DNA of 64,000 bases, from IMG/VR virus record IMGVR_UViG_3300045988_183451; one strand, 5' to 3'. The position numbers were made by a program, and so were the translations under genes. This stretch comes from a virus. How positions within the stretch are numbered: position 1 is the stretch's first letter; the number at the start of each line of letters is the position of its first letter. Shown piece by piece: positions 57,946 to 64,000 of this stretch. The notes under the pieces were generated by a model that worked only from the letters and a program-made list of their open reading frames with translations, searched no databases and was not told where the DNA came from.

Positions 57946-58146
57946 ATGAGAACAAGAAAAATACTTAGAGCAAGGACATTGCAAGGTGATTTAATAATGG
58001 AAGATATAAATCATTTTACTGAAGATAAATATAATTATATTTTTATAATTCAAATTAATAAGATAAATAAGAAAATGATATTTCCCAAAAAATTATATCG
58101 GTTAGAAAGAATAAATAATTTTATAGATGTAGAAATAAGAGGATAA
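57946..58146 (+). CDS. small basic hypothetical protein
   Basis: SD aaagaggaaataaataatATG; the track start 57877 would precede the promoter motif. Confidence 0.35.
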   Translation: MRTRKILRARTLQGDLIMEDINHFTEDKYNYIFIIQINKINKKMIFPKKLYRLERINNFIDVEIRG

Positions 58147-58151
58147 TAAAT

Positions 58152-59024
58152 ATGGATAATACAGCGTTAGCACAAAGAATGAAAAGATATTATGAAGAAG
58201 TACCCAAGACAAGATTAATAAGGAAAATACCTGTTTGTATAAGACTTGATGGAAAAGCATTTCATACATTTTTAAAAGGATTTCAGAAGCCATTTGATGA
58301 TATATTTATTAAGACAATGCAGGATACTATGAAATATTTGTGTCAGAACATACAAGGATGTGTATTGGGATATACTCAGTCAGATGAAATCAGTCTAATA
58401 CTTATAGATTATCAAAAACTTACAACAAGTGCTTGGTTTGATTATGAGGTTCAGAAAATATGTAGTGTTTCAGCTAGTATGGCAACAATGGCATTTAATA
58501 GAGCTTTTGAAAAGAATGTAGAAGCTGAAAGTCATGTATTTACTGATGAGTGGTTAGATAATGGAGAATATAATCCTAATTATAAGAGCAAAGAATTAGA
58601 AGACTTATGGTTAACACATAAAAAGGCTTTAGAAAAAGGAGCAATGTTTGATAGTAGATGTTTTAATATACCAAAGGAAGATGTTGCTAATTTAATATTC
58701 TGGAGACAGTTTGATGCTAGTAAGAATTCAGTACAAATGGTAGGGCAGGCTAATTTTTCACATAAAGAATTGCAGAATAAATCTAGTAATGATATTCAAG
58801 ATATGCTTATGATTCAGAAAGGTATTAACTGGAATGATTTACCGACTTATCAGAAGAGAGGAAGTTGTTGTGTAAAAAAGGAAATTGAAAATAAATCAAC
58901 TGGATATAATGGTGAAATCAGAGCTATTGAATATAGAACAGAATGGATTATAGATAAAAATATTCCTATATTCAAAGGAGAAAATAGAAGATATATAAAT
59001 GAATTAATACTTTTTAAGGAGTAA
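58152..59024 (+). CDS. Thg1-like protein (tRNA-His guanylyltransferase family, 3'-5' nucleotidyltransferase)
   Basis: CIRLDGKAFHTF (compare Thg1 VVRLDGRNFHRF), GYTQSDEISLIL (compare AYGQSDEYSFVF), FDSRCFNIP...IFWRQFDASKNS (compare FDGRVVVYP...LSWRQADCHINN), PTYQKRGSCC (compare PMYRKGTVL). Confidence 0.7.
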   Translation: MDNTALAQRMKRYYEEVPKTRLIRKIPVCIRLDGKAFHTFLKGFQKPFDDIFIKTMQDTMKYLCQNIQGCVLGYTQSDEISLILIDYQKLTTSAWFDYEVQKICSVSASMATMAFNRAFEKNVEAESHVFTDEWLDNGEYNPNYKSKELEDLWLTHKKALEKGAMFDSRCFNIPKEDVANLIFWRQFDASKNSVQMVGQANFSHKELQNKSSNDIQDMLMIQKGINWNDLPTYQKRGSCCVKKEIENKSTGYNGEIRAIEYRTEWIIDKNIPIFKGENRRYINELILFKE

Positions 59025-59030
59025 AAATAA

Positions 59031-59228
59031 ATGGATAATGTGTGGCATATATTTGACAAAGAATATCCAGATAAAAAATTAATAAAAGGGAAAAGATATT
59101 TGATTTGCACTTGGAGTAATGAGTATTTTTGTGCTGAATTTACAGGCGAAGATTTTTTCGGATATCCATTATTAACAAAAGCTTGGGCTGAATTTGAAAG
59201 ATTTGAAGAAAAAGAATATAAAAAATAA
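59031..59228 (+). CDS. hypothetical small protein
   Basis: SD ttaaggagtaaaaataaATG. Confidence 0.4.
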   Translation: MDNVWHIFDKEYPDKKLIKGKRYLICTWSNEYFCAEFTGEDFFGYPLLTKAWAEFERFEEKEYKK

Positions 59229-59257
59229 ATTTACAAATAAAAGGGAGAATTTTAGAT

Positions 59258-59686
59258 ATGGGAAGTTATACAAATTATAGTATGGAAATAATAGATATTG
59301 ATAATAAAGGATATAATGCATACAAAATTGCAAAATATATGTTAGAAAAAAATAATGAAGCTGAAAAATATTATGCTTTTTATAATAGTTTAGAAAATTT
59401 TATAGAAACTGTAGACCCTACATCAAAAATAGATTATGAATTATATCTTGATGATGATGGTGAAACTAAATGGTATGATAATGAAGAAGATATGTTAGAG
59501 TTATCAAAAGAATTTCCTGATATACTTTTTAAATTACACGGAGAAGGCGAAAGAAATGAAGATATATGGGATAAGTATTTTATGAATGGAAAAATGCAAT
59601 ATTGTCCAGCAGAAATATATATTCCAGAATTCGATAGAAACAAATTAAAGGAAATAGATAAAGATAATATAGAAATGGATAGGTAA
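59258..59686 (+). CDS. hypothetical acidic protein
   Basis: SD aaagggagaattttagatATG. Confidence 0.45.
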   Translation: MGSYTNYSMEIIDIDNKGYNAYKIAKYMLEKNNEAEKYYAFYNSLENFIETVDPTSKIDYELYLDDDGETKWYDNEEDMLELSKEFPDILFKLHGEGERNEDIWDKYFMNGKMQYCPAEIYIPEFDRNKLKEIDKDNIEMDR

Positions 59687-59691
59687 AGATT

Positions 59692-59952
59692 ATGGAAAAA
59701 AGGACAAATGTATATTTAGCAGAGATAGCTTTTTTAATATTAAGAAATATTCCTAATGGATATTCAAAAGAAGAGGAAGAATATTTTACAAAAGGCGTTA
59801 TATCAATGTCAAATGTTTTATCTAAGTCATTAGATGCTTTGAAAGAAAATTCTAATATAGGAATGGAAGATATAGAAGAAATTATTAAAAAAGAGATTAA
59901 TAATATAGAGGAAATATATAATGAAAGAACAGAAGAACAAAGAGATATGTAG
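59692..59952 (+). CDS. hypothetical small protein
   Basis: Ends TAG. Confidence 0.4.
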   Translation: MEKRTNVYLAEIAFLILRNIPNGYSKEEEEYFTKGVISMSNVLSKSLDALKENSNIGMEDIEEIIKKEINNIEEIYNERTEEQRDM

Positions 59953-60391
59953 GGATATAAGAATAATAAGGTTTAAGTTAAAGGACTATAAAAGTATAAT
60001 TCAAATGTCTAGGAAGCTGGATGACTTACATATAAAGAATAGACCAGATATATTCACAGATGGTTCTATGTTAGGTAATTTTATACTATATTCTGAATAT
60101 TTCTTTAAAGATACTATATTTGTTGCTATTAAAGATAATTGTGTAGTAGGAATGGTTGTAGGTGAGAAATTAAGTGATTTCTGTTATCTGATAAAGGATA
60201 TATTTGCGGAAGAAGAATACAGACATATGGGAATAGGAAAAAGACTAATTGAAGCTATTGAAAATTATGCTAGGAAAAAAGATTATGAGAGGGTTATATT
60301 AAACTGTTATGAATTCAATAACAATGCTAAAGGCTTCTATGAAAATGAAGGATTTAGTTCATATGTAATAACCTATGAAAAGAAATTATAA
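59921..60391 (+). CDS. GNAT-family N-acetyltransferase
   Basis: VVGMVVGEK...EEEYRHMGIGKRLIEAIENYARKKDYERVILNCYEFNNNAKGFYENEGF acetyl-CoA binding motif. Confidence 0.65.
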   Translation: MKEQKNKEICRDIRIIRFKLKDYKSIIQMSRKLDDLHIKNRPDIFTDGSMLGNFILYSEYFFKDTIFVAIKDNCVVGMVVGEKLSDFCYLIKDIFAEEEYRHMGIGKRLIEAIENYARKKDYERVILNCYEFNNNAKGFYENEGFSSYVITYEKKL

Positions 60392-60431
60392 TAGGTTAAT
60401 AAGAAATACTGCTTGTTTTTTACACTTTGAT

Positions 60432-60441
60432 ACACTATTAT
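60432..60441 (+). promoter_or_regulatory. conserved ACACTATTAT promoter-like motif
   Basis: ctttgatACACTATTATaattgtaag. Confidence 0.45.
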
Positions 60442-60480
60442 AATTGTAAGTAAAATAATTACAATAGTGAGGTATCGTGT

Positions 60481-60759
60481 ATGAGAAGAGATGAAGGAAA
60501 ATTATCAAAGATAATAAAGAAAGCATTATTAATAATAATTCTATTTTATATAGCAGGATTATTATTTGCAGACCTGATAGCCAATACAGGAATTGAGTAT
60601 TTAGGAATATTTTTTGTTGTAAGTGGAATTATTTTAACATATTTATTATATAAATACATACCTAGAGTAGTCTGGTATATAAAAACAGCTCCACAAAGAA
60701 GAAGAGAAAGAACTGAAATGAAAAAGTTTATGAAAGATTATAAAAGAAATTATAAGTAA
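60481..60759 (+). CDS. small membrane protein with basic C-terminus
   Basis: Two TM helices then RRRERTEMKKFMKDYKRNYK. Confidence 0.45.
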   Translation: MRRDEGKLSKIIKKALLIIILFYIAGLLFADLIANTGIEYLGIFFVVSGIILTYLLYKYIPRVVWYIKTAPQRRRERTEMKKFMKDYKRNYK

Positions 60760-60832
60760 TTATAAAACTAAATAAATATACAATTAAAGGGTACTAAATG
60801 AATTGAGTTTAGTATCTTTTTTTATATTTTAT

Positions 60833-60842
60833 ACACTATTAT
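60833..60842 (+). promoter_or_regulatory. conserved ACACTATTAT promoter-like motif
   Basis: attttatACACTATTATatatagatattaaaag. Confidence 0.45.
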
Positions 60843-60888
60843 ATATAGATATTAAAAGTAGGGTCACTAAGAAAGGATAGTAGTTGAG

Positions 60889-61515
60889 ATGAATAATATA
60901 AAAACTAAAAAAAGCTTTTGGTCTGTATTTTATAACGAATATGAAGATGAAATTTTAATTATTCTAACATTTATGCTTGTTGTTGGACTACCTTTTATAT
61001 TAGGTTTTATTAATATAAAGATAAAAATAATAGATACAAATAATGAACCATTAAATTTTATTATAGGGTCTTTAAGTTTTTATTTGTTTATAATTGGAAT
61101 ATATTTATTATATCGTATTATATCTTTGTTATATCATTCATTATGGAGTATTGTAAATTTTATATTTAAAATAAAAGCTATGAATAGATGTAGACAAATA
61201 CCATTAACAGAAAATGAATTTAAATTGCTTGATATTAAAAATATAGATGAATTTATAGAGCTAATAGACTCCTATATTTCATATGATTTTAATATTTATA
61301 AAACAAAATATAAAGAATATATTATTAATTACGAAGATATTATAGAAATGATAAAAACATATAATAAGTTAAAAACAATATCATTAGAAGATATGTATGC
61401 GATACAACACTATTTTTTATCTTTAACTTTAGAAATAAGTAATAATAAATTAAGAGAAAAAAATTTTCATTTTGTATGGGATTTCGACAAAATTATAAAA
61501 GAAATTGGATTGTAA
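60889..61515 (+). CDS. membrane protein, KKSFW-family paralogue
   Basis: MNNIKTKKSFWSVFYNEYEDEIL, then TM helices. Confidence 0.5.
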   Translation: MNNIKTKKSFWSVFYNEYEDEILIILTFMLVVGLPFILGFINIKIKIIDTNNEPLNFIIGSLSFYLFIIGIYLLYRIISLLYHSLWSIVNFIFKIKAMNRCRQIPLTENEFKLLDIKNIDEFIELIDSYISYDFNIYKTKYKEYIINYEDIIEMIKTYNKLKTISLEDMYAIQHYFLSLTLEISNNKLREKNFHFVWDFDKIIKEIGL

Positions 61516-61608
61516 AGTGAGGAGAGACATATGAAGGTATTATTTGTAAGTGGCACTTGGAATGAAGATGCACAGAAGTAGAAGGATTGTTTACATTTTA
61601 TAGAAAGA

Positions 61609-61875
61609 TTGAAGAAAAATAGAATGAAAAAATCAAATATTAGAGTATTTGGCGAAATAAGTATTGCACATGTAGAAAAGAGAGGCTGGTTTTCATATGT
61701 AGTTGTAAGAGACTTTGATAAAAAGGTACTTGCAAAATCTTTTTCATTTAGAAAATACATAAACGATACTATTCGTACAATGTATACAGGAGAATATTAC
61801 GCAACAGGTGATTATATATTGGTTGCTGATACTGTAAATGGAGATAAAGAAATTTATAGATGGCATAGAAGCTAA
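61609..61875 (+). CDS. hypothetical protein; upstream in-frame ATG 61531 with strong SD is separated by TAG 61579-61581
   Basis: gtgaggagagacatATG + 16 codons + TAG, then the same frame continues into this ORF (track TTG start). Confidence 0.4.
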   Translation: MKKNRMKKSNIRVFGEISIAHVEKRGWFSYVVVRDFDKKVLAKSFSFRKYINDTIRTMYTGEYYATGDYILVADTVNGDKEIYRWHRS

Positions 61876-62071
61876 GTAGTGAAAATTATAACTGTATGAT
61901 GAGATTTTTGTTAAAAATTTGATAGGACACGGTAGCATTATTATGTGGAATAATATGGAACAGTTTCATAAAGAGATTGAACCAACACTTGAATATTATA
62001 AACGTGAAATGCCTGAAATAATGTATTAATGAAAAATAAGAGAAGTTTGTTTTTAAGAAAGGGAAATTGTT

Positions 62072-62353
62072 ATGAAGAAGAAGATTTTAGTAATTATATT
62101 GGGATTAATATTTGTGTTTGGAATGTTAGGATGTGCATATGAAGGAAGTAAAGATTATGAGATACATTCAAAATTAATAAAAATAGAAGGCGAAGATGAT
62201 TTGTATTATTATGCAACGACTCATACCGTTTATATAGTATTTAATGAATTCGCTGGTATTCAGGGATATGGATATATGGCCCCATATTATTCAAATGGTA
62301 AATCATGTATATATGACACAGAAAATAAAGTTATTACAGAAATAGGAGAATAA
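62072..62353 (+). CDS. putative lipoprotein
   Basis: MKKKILVIILGLIFVFGMLGCAYEG signal peptide with Cys lipobox-like site; SD aagaaagggaaattgttATG. Confidence 0.45.
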   Translation: MKKKILVIILGLIFVFGMLGCAYEGSKDYEIHSKLIKIEGEDDLYYYATTHTVYIVFNEFAGIQGYGYMAPYYSNGKSCIYDTENKVITEIGE

Positions 62354-62358
62354 TATTA

Positions 62359-62853
62359 ATGATAGATTACAAGAGCTTAAAGATAATAGCTTATGATTTT
62401 GATGATACTTTGTTTGCTCATTCAAATCATAAAACAGAAACAATAGAAGAAGAGATAGATTATTTAAAAAGATGTTTGTTATACAAAAATGATGCTTCAG
62501 ATGTCTTTCAAAATTGCACAAAGAATATGTATTTGCAGAATTTTATGAATAAGGCATATAGAGATAATATTATTCAAGGATTAATAAGTGGAACAGAAGC
62601 ATATGTATGTTCTAAAGCTAAGATAGATTATGTTAAAAGCATATATGGTCATTATTTAGAAAATTGATGCATGTGTTCACAAGAAAAAAAGACAATAATG
62701 CTAAAGGCATTAGCAGAAAGTTATAATTGTAATGCATCAAATATTCTTATAATAGATGACAACCCATTAGTTATAACAATGGCCGCAGATGCAGGTTTTC
62801 AATCAGCAACGCCAATAGAGATTGTTAATTATTGTGAATTAAATAATAGATAG
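62359..62853 (+). pseudogene. HAD-superfamily hydrolase interrupted by in-frame TGA (62668-62670)
   Basis: Motif I AYDFDDTLF in 62359..62667; motif III/IV (K...IIDDNP) in the same-frame ORF 62671..62853. Confidence 0.45.
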
Positions 62854-63020
62854 AGGAAAATATGTTAGAGATTATAAATGATACTATAAAGCAAAAGTAT
62901 ACTGTACTATATGATAGTTCAAAATATTAAATAAAATTAAATGATGTTAAAATGATTTAATATTTTATATTACTTATTAATTATTTAAGTACTATACTTA
63001 ATTAAAAAAGAGGTGATAAA

Positions 63021-63212
63021 ATGACAGCAGCCGAAGTACTTGGATTCTTCAAATCACAAGACCTACATTAACTAAGTATATCAAGAAAGGAAAAATAAAA
63101 GTAACTATTAAATGTAATGGCAGATATGATTACGATGCCGATAGTGTGAGAAAACAATTCTTTGATATGCTTGATGATATATTAGCTGGTAAAGTTTTGA
63201 AGAAATTATAAG
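63021..63212 (+). pseudogene. frameshifted small MerR/excisionase-like HTH ORF of the type found upstream of tnpB in IS607/IS1341-like elements
   Basis: MTAAEVLGFFKSQ then, after a +1 shift, RPTLTKYIKKGKIKVTIKCNGRYDYDADSVRKQF...; SD aaaagaggtgataaaATG. Confidence 0.3.
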
Positions 63213-63287
63213 TTTATTATATTGTTATTCAATGAAACTTTATAGCAGTAGGAAAGCTAAAAAAAATTAAGGAGATTTTAGAGAAAG

Positions 63288-64000
63288 ATGATAGTCCAGA
63301 GAGTTGAAAAGCATCTTATAAAACAGAATAATTTATATTATCATATGTTTTGTGATTTTGCACATAAGTCAAAGAATCTCTATAATCACGCAAATTTTCT
63401 TGTAAGAAATGAATTTGTTAAAAAGAATAAATGGCTTCGTTATGATAAAATGGATAAAATGTTAAAAACAGATTTGAAATTTGATGATTATAAACAAATG
63501 CCAACTGCTCAATCAGCACAACAGATACTCCGTCTTTTAGAAAAGGATTGGAAGTCATTCTTTACTACAATTAAAGACTGGTCAAAAAATAAAGATAAAT
63601 ATTTAGGCAGACCAAAGTTACCTAAATATAAAGCAAAAGATGGTAAGCATATTCTTATTCTTACAAATCAAAATGTAAAATTAAAAGATAACATACTTGT
63701 CTTTCCGAAAACATTTTGTGGATTTGTAATGCAGCCACAGTTTATCAAACATGATAATTTTGTTTCATTCCAGCAGGTAAGATTCATTCCTAACTATAAA
63801 TCATTTATTGTAGAGCTTGTATATAATATAGAAGTTCCGAATAAAGTTCTGCCTGATAATAAAAGGTATTTGAGTGTAGATATTGGTTTAGATAACTTAG
63901 CAACCATTGTAAATAATGTAGGATTAAAGCCTATAGTAATCAATGGTAAAGGTCTGAAATCAATTAATAAATATTACAATAAGCAAATATCCCATTATCG
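63288..64000 (+). CDS. tnpB: IS605/IS1341-family TnpB (OrfB) RuvC-like RNA-guided nuclease / transposase accessory protein, 3' partial
   Basis: N-terminal region ...RLLEKDWKSFF...YLSVDIGLDNLATIVNNVGLKPIVINGKGLKSINKYYNKQISHY typical of TnpB; SD gagaaagATG; ORF continues beyond the window. Confidence 0.65.
   Translation, partial: MIVQRVEKHLIKQNNLYYHMFCDFAHKSKNLYNHANFLVRNEFVKKNKWLRYDKMDKMLKTDLKFDDYKQMPTAQSAQQILRLLEKDWKSFFTTIKDWSKNKDKYLGRPKLPKYKAKDGKHILILTNQNVKLKDNILVFPKTFCGFVMQPQFIKHDNFVSFQQVRFIPNYKSFIVELVYNIEVPNKVLPDNKRYLSVDIGLDNLATIVNNVGLKPIVINGKGLKSINKYYNKQISHY

Larger units (their letters stand above)
62990..64000 (+). mobile_element. IS200/IS605-IS607-like insertion sequence (left part), ends undefined
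   Basis: tnpB plus degenerate HTH ORF; palindromic agtatactgtactatat upstream. Confidence 0.35.

Noticed and set aside
5284-60842. Authentic T7/SP6 class single-subunit RNAP promoters
   Set aside because: Only the 7-bp ACACTAT core matches. The 23-bp T7/SP6 consensus, including the upstream AT-rich recognition part and GGGAGA start region, is not conserved. No ssRNAP gene lies in the window. The motif is treated as an element-specific promoter of unknown recognition.
1-64000. CRISPR array
   Set aside because: No series of regularly spaced direct repeats with unique spacers was seen. The recurring ACACTATTAT motif is irregularly spaced and always sits upstream of gene starts.
1-64000. Alternative genetic code (TAG or TGA reassignment)
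   Set aside because: TAG, TGA and TAA each terminate multiple genes that are immediately followed by an SD and the next start. Examples are TAG at 13579, 29918, 30425, 34836, 40542, 51414, 55698, 57706, 59950 and 62851. The few in-frame internal stops use different codons.
1-64000. Integrase, capsid, portal or terminase genes and prophage boundaries
   Set aside because: None could be recognised from motifs in this window. The region looks like an accessory or early-gene segment. Absence here does not rule them out elsewhere.

Overview
This is a strongly AT-rich mobile-element window with Firmicutes-style Shine-Dalgarno sites, and it looks most like an accessory region of a large phage or phage-plasmid. 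Almost every gene is on the + strand. The one exception is a five-gene minus-strand island at 27493-29294. I saw no rRNA, no canonical tRNA, no CRISPR array, and no recognisable capsid, portal, terminase or integrase gene. An IS605/IS607-like tnpB starts at 63288 and runs past the window end.

The most striking direct observation is a conserved motif, T-rich + ACACTATTAT(A/T)(T)A, present about 25 times. It lies 25-100 nt upstream of start codons, always in the orientation of the downstream gene, including two minus-strand copies. I read it as a phage-specific promoter. Its ACACTAT core is shared with the SP6 promoter and part of the T7 promoter, and no matching RNA polymerase or sigma gene is visible here.

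Recognisable content:
- A compact Tad/Flp-like pilus or secretion locus at 21117-25381: a CpaF/TadA/VirB11-family ATPase, a polytopic platform protein, three leaderless Flp-like mini-pilins beginning MH-I-E-Y/F-G, and two TadE-like proteins.
- Two PIF1/RecD-like SF1B helicases. One is a 921-aa fusion of a PrimPol (AEP) domain, an HTH and the helicase, preceded by a 600-bp AT-rich putative origin.
- A Thg1-like 3'-5' nucleotidyltransferase (tRNA 5'-end repair) next to a GNAT acetyltransferase.
- Three radical SAM enzymes. One is a truncated RlmN/Cfr-like RNA methyltransferase. Another is followed by a 48-aa Gly/Cys peptide that could be a RiPP precursor.
- A HipB/HipA-like module, an ImmA/IrrE metallopeptidase, a HigA-like HTH beside a RuvC-like resolvase, and a flotillin.
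- A secreted Amidase_3, an M42/M20-like peptidase, an NT5C-like HAD nucleotidase, and a GtrB-like GT2 with a polytopic partner (candidate cell-surface glycosylation).
- A 1592-aa membrane-anchored protein with Cys/His (EEHxH) repeats, and an acidic tandem-repeat protein that may be a DNA mimic.

Several ORFs are split by single in-frame stop codons. Two examples are a HAD hydrolase broken at a TGA and the P-loop ATPase followed by a same-frame ORF after a TAA. TAA, TAG and TGA are all used as ordinary terminators elsewhere, so I interpret these as pseudogenes or chance rather than recoding.

All functional calls rest on motif-level reading of the translations. No database search was run.
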